Assembly: GCA_964016885.1 (NCBI GenBank)
Contig: OZ024761.1
Span: forward strand, 682,001-746,000
DNA from: Eledone cirrhosa
Taxonomy: Eukaryota
Direction of reading: 5' to 3'
DNA: 64,000 nucleotides
Below are positions 40,100 through 53,464 of this stretch, one piece after another. Within the stretch, counting starts at the first letter, position 1. Each line of letters begins with the position of its first letter. The notes beneath the pieces are model-generated. The model was not told the origin of the DNA, did no database searches, and saw nothing but the letters and a program-made list of their open reading frames with translations. A program made the position numbers and the translations under genes.

Positions 40100-40450
40100 C
40101 TGAATTGAGAGATCACAGCTCTCATGTGGTTAGAATGTCTCAGGAAAGAATCGCTGGACAGATTTGTAGCTTGGAAATCAGAGTCATTCCAAGTAGAGTC
40201 AGTACTTTTCCAAATTGAGAGATCACAGCTACGATATTACGGGGGCATGAGGTTAGAAGGTCTCAGGAAAGAACCACTGGACAGATTTTATGGCGAAAAA
40301 CCAACTGACAGGAGAGTTAGGGGTAGACCCCGAACAAGATGGTCTCACTTGGGAATCCAGCCAGATCAATTGAAGACAGCTGCTTCTAACAGGGCCCGCG
40401 AGAAGGAGTGTTTGAGGACTCTGCCCTCATGACCCTCCCAGGAATAAGTG
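40100..40450 (+). mobile_element. RTE LINE 3' end fragment
   Basis: IERSQLRYYG..R..KPTDRRVRGRPRTRW..LGI. Confidence 0.7.
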
Positions 40451-40626
40451 GGCAAAGAAGGAGAAAATGTTCCAACCACCAGTTTGATGGCGAGAAAAAT
40501 AATTATTTTACAAAGTTTATCTGAATTGTTGAATATTTTCAAATCTGTTTCAAATACATTGGGAGTGTATTTTATTAGAAATATGGATAACGAAAAAGTT
40601 AAGCAGAGTCCACTCTATTGCAAATG

Positions 40627-40890
40627 GAGGCAAGTCGCCTAGTGATAAGGTTGTTGGACTTACGATCATAATGTGGATTCGATTCCTGGATTGGGTTGTA
40701 TGTTGTGTTCTTGAGCAAAACACTTCATTTCATGTTGCTCCAGTATACTCAGCTGAAAATGAGTACCAACGGTAGCTGAACGGGGGTTTAACCCTGCAAT
40801 GGACTGATGTCCTATCCAAGAGGAGGGGGAAGTCTTGTACCCTCAGTCAGGATAAGCACCAACCTGATGAGCTTCAGGGCTTGGAACAGA
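40627..40890 (+). mobile_element. tRNA-derived CORE-like SINE (third family)
   Basis: cgcctagtg..ttcgattcc..gtgttcttgagcaaaacacttcatttca..cagctgaaaatgagtacc. Inverted homologue at 50630-50912. Confidence 0.7.
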
Positions 40891-42435
40891 CTTTAAATTT
40901 TGTTGCAAGTATTTGGGACAGGTCTTGCATTTGACCAAAGGCTCTCCTCTTAACTCCACCCACCCTCAACTGTGATCTATAAACCCCTGGAGATCAGTAA
41001 AGACACTAATCGAGAGGAGGTGATGGGAGGCCCAGTTTTGAGTTTGGTGATAACTCCCTCTCTTCCTCAACAGTTCTGGAAGCCCCTGAAAAAAGGGTTA
41101 TGGGCAAAAAAAAATTAAAAAATAAATAAATAAAATAAAAAATGAAAATAATAAAAAAAATCAAATAAACAAACAAAAATCATCAACCCTCACAGTACCC
41201 CCCCCCCCAGAAAAAAAAATGTCCCTTATTCTGACCATGACTACCACCAACAAACCTCTTTCCAATTTTTAATTACAATCCACATTACAATTCTTCAATC
41301 CTGTACTTTTATTTATTTTCCAACTTAAAAGTATTTATTTCTTTATATATATTTTGTTATTATTGTTATTATTATTTTCTTTTTTTTTGGAGGAGGAGGA
41401 AGGAGGAGGAGAGGTGTTGCTTAAAATTTACAATTGTCAAAACATTTACTATTTCCAGAGTACTTCCAGACATTCCCAGAGTACTTCCAGACACTTCCAG
41501 AGTCATCTTCGAGACTTCTACCTGCGAGACATTTCCACACTCCAGCTACCAGAGTACTTCCAGAACATTTCCAGAGTTATCCTAGAATATTTCCAGACTC
41601 CTACTACGAACAGTACTTCCAGGACATTTCCAGAGTTATCCTAGGATATTTCCAGACTTCTACCTGCTATGAACAGTACTTCCAGGACATTTCCAGAGCA
41701 CTTCCTAAACATTTTTTTTTCAAAACTTCTAGGACATTATCAGACTTCTCTTACCAGGGCACTTCTAGACATTTTCAGATGTTTGCTTGTTTTTTTTTTG
41801 TTATGTTTTTTTTTTTTCCCAGAGTACTCTCAGACCATTTCTGTACACTTCCAGAGCTTTCCAGTCAAAGTTAATACTTCAACATTTCAGGCTCGTTATC
41901 TTTAATTAATTAATCAACATATTCATAACCATCACCATCACTTCTAGGAAGGCCGGGGAAGGGGGGCGTCATTTGTTATTTTATTATTATTATTATCATC
42001 ATCATCATCATTGCCCCCTTCTCCGCACCACCTTGATCATCATCATCATCATCATCATCAATACCATTATTGTTATAATTATTGTTGTTTCCTTGTTATT
42101 GCCTTCAACTGTTCGTGTTAAAGAAGGGAGGGGTGTAGAAGTTGGAGGAGTAGGAAGGAAAGAGAGAGAAAAGAATGGCTAGAGAGAGAGTGAGAGGGGG
42201 AGGGCTAAAGAGAGAGGAAGATGGCTAGAGAGGGGGGGGGCTAGAGACAGAGAGGGGGAGAGAGAGAGAAAGAGAGATAGCGCAGGAAAGGAGAGAAGGG
42301 AAAGAAAGAGGAGACGGAGAGAAAAATTGTTGAAGATAAAATGAGAATTTATATACATATATACCCACACATACATATATATATATACATGTATATACAC
42401 ATATATACATACATATATATGTGCATGTATATACA

Positions 42436-42478
<43 letters not shown>

Positions 42479-42565
42479 ATATGTACACTTATATACATTT
42501 ATATTTATCTATATATACATGTATCATCTCTATATATATATATATATACACATATACATGTGTTG

Positions 42566-42597
<32 letters not shown>

Positions 42598-42611
42598 CAT
42601 ATGTGTGTATG

Positions 42612-42649
<38 letters not shown>

Positions 42650-43785
42650 TACATTCTATATATTTATACATACATATATATATATACACACACATATAGA
42701 CATAAACATAGAGGGAGAGAGAGAGAGAGAAAGAAAGAGAGTCAAAAGAAAATAATCCAGGAGTTGTGTCCTCTTAGCGGCCATGTTTATTTAACTATCA
42801 CCATCACCACCATCATCATCAACATCATCATCATCATCATCACCATTATCATCATTACCATTATCATTATTATAATATATGTTAAGACAAGACAAAGAAC
42901 TTAGTAGAGAATGCATTGATGTAATGAGAAGGGGGTGGGGTCATAGGGGCAGTGGGGGGAGGCGTGTGGGGAGGGGCAGCAGCGTATTTAATGGGTTATA
43001 ATTTACTTTTTCTAGTGGGTTTCATTGGGTTTTCTTTTTTTATTTAAATGTTGCTGTTGCTATTGTTGTAGGCATTGTTTGTTTGTTTGTTGTTCAGTTT
43101 TCTCTGCCTCCTGGGTGTGTGAGAGAGAGAGAGAGAGAGAGAATGTCTGAGAGAGAGAATGACAGAAAGAGAGGGAGAAGAGAAAGTGAATGACTGACAG
43201 AGGGAGAGTGAGAAAGAAAAAGGGGGAGAGAAAGAGAGAGTGAGAAAGAAAAATGGAGAGAGAGAGAGGTGGGGGAGAAAGTGAGAGAAAGAAAGAAAGA
43301 GTGAAACAGTGAAAGAGAGAGATTGTGTGTGTGAACTATAAAAAGAAAGAAATAGTGATAGTTTTAGAGAGAGGGAGAGTGAAAGTGGGTGGGGGCATAG
43401 GGAGGTACAATCATCATCATCATCAGAACTGCCACCATTCTCCCTCACCATTCCCAACATGCACCACACACCCTCCCATCCACCTCCACCACTACAATAG
43501 AGCATTCACTTGTGTGGTAGGGAAGGAGTGGGGTCAAAAAGAAGGCAATGTTGAAGGGGGGGAGAAGGAGGAGGGAAAAGAAAGAAAAAGAAGTAGAAGG
43601 AGTGAAAGCAAGTCCCCGAAACCACCAGGCCCCCTCCCCCACTAAAGTGCCGACCTACTCATCTAGCCACCCGCCCACCCCACCTGCACACCTCACCTGT
43701 CACCTACCAAGCCCAACCCCACACCCCCCAAAACACACACACACACCGTCCGTCCATTCTTTGTCCCCTCCCCCTACACCACATC

Positions 43786-43955
43786 TCATACAAACACCTT
43801 GGCAACAGCATCAGCGCCAGCACTAGCAAAGTATGGTTTGGAAGGGTGAAAGGCTACATCATGTATCGATTCGTCAAACTTTTTGCGATGTGACATGATC
43901 TCCTGCACACAAGTTTTACTCTCTAAATTCCACAGTCGGATCGAACAGTCGTGAC
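43786..43955 (-). CDS. STRN3: Striatin-family WD40 protein, last coding exon
   Basis: AG acceptor, then (S)HDCSIRLWNLESKTCVQEIMSHRKKFDESIHDVAFHPSKPYFASAGADAVAKVFV-TGA, the conserved striatin C-terminus. The symbol names the closest-looking vertebrate paralogue; fly orthologue Cka. Confidence 0.95.
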
Positions 43956-44135
43956 CTGGAGAAGAAAAGGAAAAAAATTGAAAGTGAAAAAGAGATATAT
44001 TTTAACAGTACATTAACCCTTTAATTACCAGCCCAGCCAAAAACTGGCCCTGGTTCTATAAAATAAAACCACTCATTTTAATGGTTTCCCATTTAAATTT
44101 AAATCTTCCAACATAATTTTATATAAGACCCTTGC

Positions 44136-44737
44136 ATTAACCCTTTAGCATTTAAACCAGCCATATCCAGCCAGCACTCTCTCACCTCTTTCTGATCAAA
44201 CTGGCTGTAATCGGCCACTCATACCAACATTAACCCTTTAGCATTTAAACCAGCCATATTTGGCCAGAATTTTCTCACCTCTTTCTGTTCAAACTGGCTG
44301 TAACTGGCCACTCATAGCAATATTAACCCTTTAGCATTTAAACCAGCCATATCTGGCCAGAATTTTCTCACCTCTTTCTGTTCAAACTGGCTGTAACTGG
44401 CCACTCATACCAACATTAACCCTTTAGCATTTAAACCGGCCATATCCGGTCAGAATTCTGTCACCTCTGTCTCTTCAAACTGGCTGTAATTGGCCACTCA
44501 TACCAACATTAACCCTTTAGCATTTAAACCAGCCATATCTGGCCAGAATTCTGTCACCTCTTTCAATTTAAACTGGCTGTAACTGGCCACTCATATCAAT
44601 ATTAAGGTATTGTTCTCAAAATAAATAATATCAACATCTCATAGATTCAATATTATATGATATAATTATGTAAGATAAAGCTTTTACTGTGAAAATACAA
44701 TAGTAAATATAGAATAATGTAAATACTAAAGGGTTAA
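44136..44737. mobile_element. piggyBac-like MITE with its left ~93 bp tandemly amplified 5 times (intronic)
   Basis: TTAACCCTTTAG starts at 44136, 44230, 44323, 44416 and 44509; a single right end AAAGGGTTAA ends at 44737. Confidence 0.8.
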
Positions 44738-45299
44738 GTTACTATCTTAGTAATGAAATAATTAATTTCAGTAAATCTCTCAAAATCATTCATTAATCAA
44801 TTAAAATAAAGGCATAAGACTATGCCGCGAAGCATGGTGTCAGATGCTCTGCCAATCCGCTGCCCTTGTAGGAATAATAATAGAAATTGTAATAAACAGT
44901 TGTTATAGCTCACACATATGTTGGTTTTAGTTGGACTTCTACAAAGTTGTATTTCATATGAGGTTTCTTGGGTGATTTAATGATAGGGGTTTCGGTTCTA
45001 TCATGTTATAGCTCACACCTATGTAGGTTTAGCTAGCCTCCTATGAGTTTACATTTAGTCTAGTATCGGTATTGATATATAGAGTACCAGTCTAGTACTG
45101 GGATCGTGTCTTCTGCTATATCTTCTTTTAGCACATTGTATTTCCCTCATCGTTTTTCTTGAAGAAATCAGGTATGTTGAAATCTAGAGAGAGCATGGAC
45201 TCCACCAAATTTAAAAGTGCCCAAGATAGAAATTTTGTAGCTCCTGTATGTTAGCATGCTGTCATCCCTAGTCGAGTCCATCAGGAGTTCAGGTCACCT

Positions 45300-45580
45300 T
45301 CCTTCTCATCCCATCCTCATATCTGAGGGCCAGGGTTCATGAACTTATGGACCAGCACTCACCATCTTTTCCTGTCTCTTGCCATTGCCGTACATTCCGC
45401 CAAACTCCTTCCTGTCCATTCCTTAATATCATCCGTCCATCCCCTTTTCTGCTGTCCCCTGGCACTTTTCTCCTGTATTCGTCCCTCAAGGATGTGGGTG
45501 GTCAAATTCTGGGCCCTGATGACATGACCAAAATACTGAAGTTACCTTTTCCTTACGGTTTCAGGTCCCCCATAGCTAGA
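45300..45580 (-). mobile_element. RTE LINE 3' end fragment (intronic)
   Basis: RKLQYFGHVIRAQNLTTHILEGRIQEKSARGQQKRGWTDDIKEWT. Confidence 0.75.
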
Positions 45581-45664
45581 TGAACAGACATATTGACAGA
45601 AAATATAAAAATGATGTAATCCCACTAACAATGAAAGGAGAGGAACTGTGCCAGAGATACTTAC

Positions 45665-45751
45665 TCCCTGATAAGAGATACAAGCCACTGGGATCAACTG
45701 CCAGGCTAGTCACGGGATCTAAATGGGCAACCATCGAATGAACCATTTTTC
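45665..45751 (-). CDS. STRN3: Striatin exon
   Basis: (G)KMVHSMVAHLDPVTSLAVDPSGLYLLSG(S); AG and GTAAGT boundaries, phases consistent. Confidence 0.95.
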
Positions 45752-46214
45752 CTGAAATACAGAACCACATTTAGTTGATCAATGCAGTGAATAAATGGTG
45801 ATGGTGGTGGTGTAGATGGTTTTGGTAGTGGTGATGGTGCTGTAGGTAGTAATGATGGTGATGGCAAAGGTGTGTCATTGTGATTGTATGTGAATGTGTG
45901 TGTGTGTTTACATATATATTGTATATATATATATATATATATATATAAATGAAGTATTTCCGCAGGAGAGGTAAAGGAAAGGAGAGTGCTCTATGTAGGT
46001 TACAGAGCTTTCTAGTTATGTAATAAACAAGTTATGTAATAAGCAACAAGTTGTTTATTACATAACTATATATATATATGTGTGTCGAGCTCGTCTGTCT
46101 TCGTGAAACCTTTGGTAAATGGAATAATTGTCTTATGTTGTTTATTAAATAACTAAATAGCTCTGTAGCCTACATAGAGCACTCTCCTTTCCTTTACCTT
46201 TCCTACGGAAACAC

Positions 46215-46257
<43 letters not shown>

Positions 46258-46289
46258 ATGTGTATGTGTATGTGTGTCAGCCATCTTAC

Positions 46290-46397
46290 CTGTGTGGTTG
46301 TCAAAAAACCTAATGTGCCTATCCTCATGGGCAGTTATAGTTATAGGTAATGTTGGATGGTTAATAACTCTGTTGATCTGATTGCTTAAACTAGGAT
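46290..46397 (-). CDS. STRN3: Striatin exon
   Basis: (D)PSLSNQINRVINHPTLPITITAHEDRHIRFFDNHT(G); AG and GTAAG boundaries. Confidence 0.95.
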
Positions 46398-47039
46398 CTG
46401 GAAATAGACAAAAACATTTCATCAGCTTATATATAGGCTGTACTAGTTATAACACAAATGCACACATTAATCTTCATGTCGATGATATGACAAATAGTAC
46501 CCAGTTCACCTGGTAAGGTGGTCATGCTGGTCACACAGGTGATTGTGCTGGTGATATGACAAAAAGTACCCAGTCCACACTGTAAGGTGGTCATGTTGGT
46601 GATATGACAGAGAGCACCCAGTCCACTCTGTATGGTGGTTGTGCTGGTGACAAGACAAAAAGTACCCAGTCCACCTGGTAAGGTGGTCATGCTGGTCACA
46701 CAGGTGATTGTGCTGGTGATATGACAAAAAGTACCCAGTCCACACTGTAAGGTGGTCATGTTGGTGATATGACAGAAAGCACCCAGTCCACTCTGTATGG
46801 TGGTTGTGCTGGTGACAAGACAAAAAGTACCCAGTCCACCTTCTAAGGTGTTCATGCTGGTGACATGACAAAAAGCACCCAGTCCATTCTGGATAAATAT
46901 AATCAAATATATAGATGGAAAGATTAGTTTTTAAATCATTTTTAATTCCATTTTAATATATATATATACATACACAAACAAACACAAAAATATGTTTAGC
47001 CCATACAAGAGAGTGTTAATGCAGGTGTGATGATAAAAT

Positions 47040-48630
47040 ACACCCAGCCTACACTGTAAAGTGGTATTGCTGGTGTCACAATATAATACACCTAGCCTAC
47101 ACTGTAAAGTGGCAGTGCTGGTGTCACAATATAATACACCTAGCCTACACTGTAAAGTGGCAGTGCTGGTGTCACAATATAATACAACCAGCCTACACTG
47201 TAAAGTGGCAGTGCTGGTGTCACAATATAATACAACCAGCCTACACTGTAAAGTGGCAGTGCTGGTGTCACAATATAATACACCTAGCCTACACTGTAAA
47301 GTGGCAGTGCTGGTGTCACAATATAATACAACCAGCCTACACTGTAAAGTGGCAGTGCTGGTGTCACAATATAAAACACCCAGCCTACACTGTAAAGTGG
47401 CAGTGCTGGTGTCACAATATAATACACCCAGCCTACACTGTAAAGTGGTAGTGCTGGTGTCACAATATAATACACCCAGCCTACACTGTAAAGTGGCAGT
47501 GCTGGTGTCACAATATAATACAACCAGCCTACACTGTAAAGTGGCAGTGCTGGTGTCACAATAAAATACACCCAGCCTACACTGTAAAGTGGCAGTGCTG
47601 GTGTCACAATAAAATACACCCAGCCTACACTGTAAAGTGGCAGTGCTGGTGTCACAATAAAATACACCCAGCCTACACTGTAAAGTGGCAGTGCTGGTGT
47701 CACAATATAATACACCCAGCCTACACTGTAAAGTGGCAGTGCTGGTGTCACAATATAATACAACCAGCCTACACTGTAAAGTGGCAGTGCTGGTGTCACA
47801 ATATAATACACCCAGCCTACACTGTAAAGTGGTAGTGCTGGTGTCACAATATAATACACCCAGCCTACACTGTAAAGTGGCAGTGCTGGTGTCACAATAT
47901 AATACACCCAGCCTACACTGTAAAGTGGCAGTGCTGGTGTCACAATATAATACACCCAACCTACACTGTAAAGTGGCAGTGCTGGTGTCACAATATAATA
48001 CGCCCAGCCTACACTGTAAAGTGGCAGTGCTGGTGTCACAATATAATACGCCCAGCCTACACTGTAAAGTGGCAGTGCTGGTGTCACAATATAATACGCC
48101 CAGCCTACACTGTAAAGTGGCAGTGCTGGTGTCACAATATAATACACCCAGCCTACACTGTAAAGTGGCAGTGCTGGTGTCACAATATAATACACCCAGC
48201 CTACACTGTAAAGTGGCAGTGCTGGTGTCACAATATAATACACCCAGCCTACACTGTAAAGTGGCAGTGCTGGTGTCACAATATAATACAACCAGCCTAC
48301 ACTGTAAAGTGGCAGTGCTGGTGTCACAATATAATACACCCAGCCTACACTGTAAAGTGGTAGTGCTGGTGTCACAATATAATACACCCAGCCTACACTG
48401 TAAAGTGGCAGTGCTGGTGTCACAATATAATACACCCAGCCTACACTGTAAAGTGGCAGTGCTGGTGTCACAATATAATACGCCCAGCCTACACTGTAAA
48501 GTGGCAGTGCTGGTGTCACAATATAATACGCCCAGCCTACACTGTAAAGTGGCAGTGCTGGTGTCACAATATAATACGCCCAGCCTACACTGTAAAGTGG
48601 CAGTGCTGGTGTCACAATAAAATACACCCA
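47040..48630. repeat. Homogeneous 48-bp minisatellite, ~33 copies (intronic)
   Basis: Unit cacccagcctacactgtaaagtggcagtgctggtgtcacaatataata; flanked by looser related units at 46490-46890 and 48630-48790. Confidence 0.95.
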
Positions 48631-48837
48631 GCAGGTACCATGATAAAATGCAGCCAACACACTTTGTAAAATGGCAATGCTGGTGCCATGATAAAATATA
48701 GACAGTGCACTTTGTAAAGTGGTAGTCCTAGTGCAACGATAAAATGTTCTCAGTCCACTGTCTCAGGTGGTAGTATTGGTGCCATGAGAAAAACATAAAC
48801 CTGGTAAATACCATGAAAAAGAAAGGAAGGTACAAAC

Positions 48838-48978
48838 CTGAATTTTGCTTAGTGTCAAGTTTTAAAACTTGTTTCTTTGTCTCTATATCAAAAATGTATG
48901 TATGAGATGATGTATAGGAGGTGACCATTTGACTGGGATCACAGCATACATAGTCAACAGATGTAGGAACACCATCAT
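48838..48978 (-). CDS. STRN3: Striatin exon
   Basis: (D)DGVPTSVDYVCCDPSQMVTSYTSSHTYIFDIETKKQVLKLDTKQNS; AG and GTTTGT boundaries. Confidence 0.92.
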
Positions 48979-49217
48979 CTGAAATATATAAAGATAGATT
49001 AGATATATATATAACACATTAGTGGGTGCAGACAGTACTATATGTGTGTGTATATATAATCTCTCTCTCTCTCTGTATATATATAGAGAGAGGGTTTATA
49101 AATACACACTGGTGGGTGTATACAGTACTATATATATATATATATATATATATTACCACCACTATATATATATATAGTGGTGGTAATGACAACAATGATT
49201 ATGACAATGTTACTTAC

Positions 49218-49385
49218 CGGTGTCAACTTTAAATACTGACAGTAAAGGGTCTTTACTGCCAGGGCTCCACAGTCTAACAGAGCCATCTGCTGAGCAGGAG
49301 AGCAGCTCTGGCCTGGAGCTGTGTATTGACAAACCCCATACAGCATCTGTGTGACCAACTAAAGTATCTTGCAGAACTGAGCAAT
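49218..49385 (-). CDS. STRN3: Striatin exon
   Basis: (D)CSVLQDTLVGHTDAVWGLSIHSSRPELLSCSADGSVRLWSPGSKDPLLSVFKVDT; AG and GTAAGT boundaries. Confidence 0.95.
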
Positions 49386-49539
49386 CTGGAAACAGAAAGG
49401 AAGAGAAGAGTGGGGGGGGGGGGGGGAATTAGTGAAAATCTTTAACCAATTATGATCCCGCCAGGTTTCCATATTAACTCCTGATGTTTTCTCATTCACA
49501 CATACACACACTTATATATAAATTATTTGAAAATCATTG

Positions 49540-50155
49540 ACAGTGTTTTTCATTAGAAATATGGTAATGAAAGGGTTAAACACATAGGTAGTGTCTTTCA
49601 TTAGAAATATTGTAATTAAAGGGTTAATGACATAGGTAGTGTCTTTCATTAGAAATATTGTAATTAAAGGGTTAATGACATAGGTAGTGTCTTTCATTAG
49701 AAATATGGTAATTAAAGGGTTAATGACATAGGTAGTGTCTTTCATTAGAAATATGGTAATTAAAGGGTTAATGACATAGGTAGTATCTTTCATTAGAAAT
49801 ATGGTAATTAAAGGGTTAAACACATAGGTAGTGTCTTTCATTAGAAATATGGTAATGAAAGGGTTAAACACATAGGTAGTGTCTTTCATTAGAAATATTG
49901 TAATTAAAGGGTTAATGACATAGGTAGTGTCTTTCATTAGAAATATGGTAATTAAAGGGTTAATGACATAGGTAGTGTCTTTCATTAGAAATATGGTAAT
50001 TAAAGGGTTAATGACATAGGTAGTATCTTTCATTAGAAATATGGTAATTAAAGGGTTAAACACAAAGGTAGTGTCTTTCATTAGAAATATTATAATTAAA
50101 GGGTTAATGACATAGACAGTGTCTTTCATTAGAAATATGGTAATTAAAGGGTTAA
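49540..50155. repeat. 48-bp minisatellite, ~13 copies (intronic)
   Basis: Unit ttaaagggttaatgacataggtagtgtctttcattagaaatatggtaa; contains the AAAGGGTTAA MITE-end motif. Confidence 0.95.
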
Positions 50156-50238
50156 AGAAATGGAACCATACAAATACAATGCGGGTGAGGACGTTTTTCT
50201 TTTTGCTTTGTTTTTCAAAAAAAGCGCATCAAACTTAC

Positions 50239-50408
50239 CAAAAGAATCATAGGGGTCAATACTAGAGCTGGGGATATTCCAACAGCGGATGGTGTTATCC
50301 ACTCCACCACTGTAGCACTGTTCCCCAGTGGGGCTAACAGCAAGGCATAACACAGGACCTTCATGGGCTCGAAATGTATACACTGGTTCCACATCCACAG
50401 AGGCGGTC
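50239..50408 (-). CDS. STRN3: Striatin exon
   Basis: TASVDVEPVYTFRAHEGPVLCLAVSPTGEQCYSGGVDNTIRCWNIPSSSIDPYDSF; AG and GTAAGT boundaries. Confidence 0.95.
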
Positions 50409-50919
50409 CTGACAAACATAAAAAAAAACAAAAAAACAATTACCATATATAAGTCGAGAAATATGTGACAAAAAATTTGATGGCAAAATTTGTGTGTGGG
50501 GGGTGGGAGGTTGGCTTATACTAGAAGTCAATATTTTACCTACTTTCACCAACTTCAAATATTGTGTAAATGAGGTGCTAAATTATTCTCACTTTGGAGG
50601 TGAATAATACACCAGCTTCTCTTTCTAAAGTCTGTCTCAAGCCAGAAGGCTTGTTAGGTCGGTGCTTATCCCGGTTTTATGGAATGAAGCGACTGAGAGT
50701 ACAAGACTTCCCTCTGGATAGGACGCCAGTCCAACGCAGGGTTAAACCCCCAGCTATTGCTGGTACTCATTTTCAGCTGAGTATATTAAAGCAATGTGAA
50801 ATGAAGTGTTTTGCTCTGCTCAAGAACACAACACGCAACCCAGCCCAAGAATCAAATCCACGACATTATGATCGTTAAGTCCAACACCCTTACCACTAGG
50901 CCACATGCTTCCAGTTTCT

Positions 50920-51220
50920 CTTTGGAAATGAATATTACACCAGTTTCACTTTGGAAGTGAATATTATACTGGTTTCACTTTGTAAGTGATTATTATACTG
51001 GTTTCACTTTGTAAGTGATTATTATACTGGTTTCCCTTTGGAAGTGATTATTATACTGGTTTCCCTTTGGAAGTGATTATTATACTGGTTTCACTTTGGA
51101 AGTGATTATTATACTGGTTTCCCTTTGGAAGTGATTATTATACTGGTTTCACTTTGGAAGTGATTATTATACTGGTTTCACTTTGGAAGTGATTATTACA
51201 CCAGTTTCACTTTAGAGGTG
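50920..51220. repeat. 29-bp minisatellite, ~10 copies
   Basis: Unit ttggaagtgattattatactggtttcact; one further unit lies beyond the SINE at about 50590-50620. Confidence 0.9.
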
Positions 51221-51728
51221 AAATTTCTATTGTTTTTGATGTGTTTGAAAGAATATGGCATGACACAGTATGACTGGGCTGGCCCTTTAACCCTTTAGTG
51301 TTCAAACCGGCCAGAATTCTCTACCTCTTTCTGTTGAAACTGGCTGTAACTGGTTGCTCAAATTGATATTAAGGTATTGTTCTCAAAATAAATACTTTCA
51401 AAATCTCATAGACTCGATATTATGTGAGATAATTATGTGCGGTAAAGCCTTTACCATGAAAATATAATAGCATATATAAAATAATGTGAATGCTAAAGGG
51501 TTAAATTACTGGTACAGTAATTCATCCAACAGACTTCATAATTGTTTCTGTTTACCTAGTTTCACTCACAAGGTATAGGTCTACCTGAGGTTATAGAAAA
51601 TGTCCATTTGCCCAAGATGCCACACACACTGGCCTCAAACTCAGGACCTAAAGACTGCAGAGTGAACTCCTTAACCATTCGGCTACACCCACAAACGTTT
51701 ACACATGCACACGTACACACACACTTAC

Positions 51729-51845
51729 TTTTTGGCTGGAACTGTTTTCTGAAGATTCCATAATTTCAAAGTATGATCCTCTGAGGCTGTTATTAATACA
51801 GGATCTATAGGATGGAATGCTAATGACCTAACTCCATCAAAATGG
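51729..51845 (-). CDS. STRN3: Striatin exon (first WD40)
   Basis: (S)HFDGVRSLAFHPIDPVLITASEDHTLKLWNLQKTVPAK(K); AG and GTAAGT boundaries. Confidence 0.95.
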
Positions 51846-51931
51846 CTGAAAAGAGAGTGGAAGAAGAACCAACATTTAGAATACTACTCTGTGCATGTAG
51901 TATGTACGCATATATATATATATACATATAC

Positions 51932-51967
<36 letters not shown>

Positions 51968-52243
51968 GAGGTATTTATCAGAGGGGAAAGTGGTAACAGT
52001 GTGAGGCAGAAGAAGGGGAAGCCTGTTTACTGTCCGTATGCTACACAGTTGAAAGAAGAGGTTCAAAGAGAGACAAGGGTTTTTATTTTATTGGAGAGGA
52101 AGTCGTACTGGTGAAAGAAAGAAGGGGAGGGTAAGGAAAGAAAGGAAAAGAGAAGAAAAAGAAGGATAGGTAAAAAACTTAAAAAAGAGAGAAATCAAAA
52201 GAGATAAATAAACAAAATGGACCAATCAGGAGATAATGTTTAC

Positions 52244-52302
52244 CTTTTCAATGTATATTTGGCATTCCAGGTTTTCCGAAAAACCTCTTTAGGAGCTGAT
52301 AT
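52244..52302 (-). CDS. STRN3: Striatin exon
   Basis: ISAPKEVFRKTWNAKYTLK(S), matching the conserved FRKTWNPKYTLRS; TAG and GTAAAC boundaries. Confidence 0.92.
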
Positions 52303-52561
52303 CTAGAGGAATAAAAAGAAAAAGATGATGGTGGTGGTGTTGGCAGGAGTGATTATGTCAGGAATCTTGGGTAATGACCAAAACAATATGTTCGTGAATA
52401 CAGGGTTCCTCTGAAGGGTTTTGGCGTGATGTTACTCGATAGAGTGCATAGCTCGGAGGTCAGAGAGTTGCTTCAGATAGAGCCACTACTTCAAATTGTG
52501 TGTGTGCATGCATGTATGTATGTATATGTGTATGTTGATGTCCACATATGAATACGTGTCC

Positions 52562-52608
<47 letters not shown>

Positions 52609-52846
52609 CATCTTCGTTTAACGTCCATCTTCCACGGTAGCATGGGTTAGACGGTGATGATATATATATATACATACATACATACTACTGTACGTCTGTA
52701 TACATACTTATATATATATATATATGTCTATATATAGAAAGAGATAGATATGTATATAAGTATGTATCAGTATGTATGTGTATGTGTGTAGCGTATATGC
52801 CAGCATGAAAAGTGGACATAAAATGATAAATATATACATATGTATA

Positions 52847-52914
<68 letters not shown>

Positions 52915-52970
52915 AGTATATATGTCTAACCCATGCTAACGTGGAAGATGGACATTAAACGAAGATGATG

Positions 52971-53024
<54 letters not shown>

Positions 53025-53029
53025 TTCAT

Positions 53030-53357
53030 TTCATTTTACGTCCGCTTTTCCCTGCTTGCAAGGGTGGGACGGGAACTGATTTTTGGCTTGATTTCTACAG
53101 CTGGATGCCCTTCCTAACACCAACCTCATTTACAGTGAGTGCTGGGTGCTTTTTTGCCGTGGCACCTACACGACCACTTTGCAATGGAATGATAGGGACC
53201 CCAGTCCCTATCATCTCATTTCTACAGCTGAGTAAACTGGAGCAATGTGAAATAAAGTGTCTTGCTCAAGGAAACAACACATCACCCGGTCTGAGAATTG
53301 AACTCACAAACTTTCGATTGCAAGGCTAAGCTCTAACCACTAAGCCATGTGCCTCCA
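53030..53357 (-). mobile_element. tRNA-derived CORE-like SINE (intronic)
   Basis: Reverse complement of the 24815 family, with an RTE-type tail. Confidence 0.85.
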
Positions 53358-53464
53358 TATATATATATATAAAGAAGGAAGTGTGGTAAAGAACCAGGTA
53401 GACCATAACGCACCAGAGTACTCAATACTTAGGGTAGTAAAATATATATATATGTGTATATATA

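Noticed and set aside
46931-48660. Long ORFs of 342, 458 and 311 aa with 16-aa repeats
   Set aside because: Translations of a 48-bp minisatellite that is open in several frames on both strands and lies inside a striatin intron.
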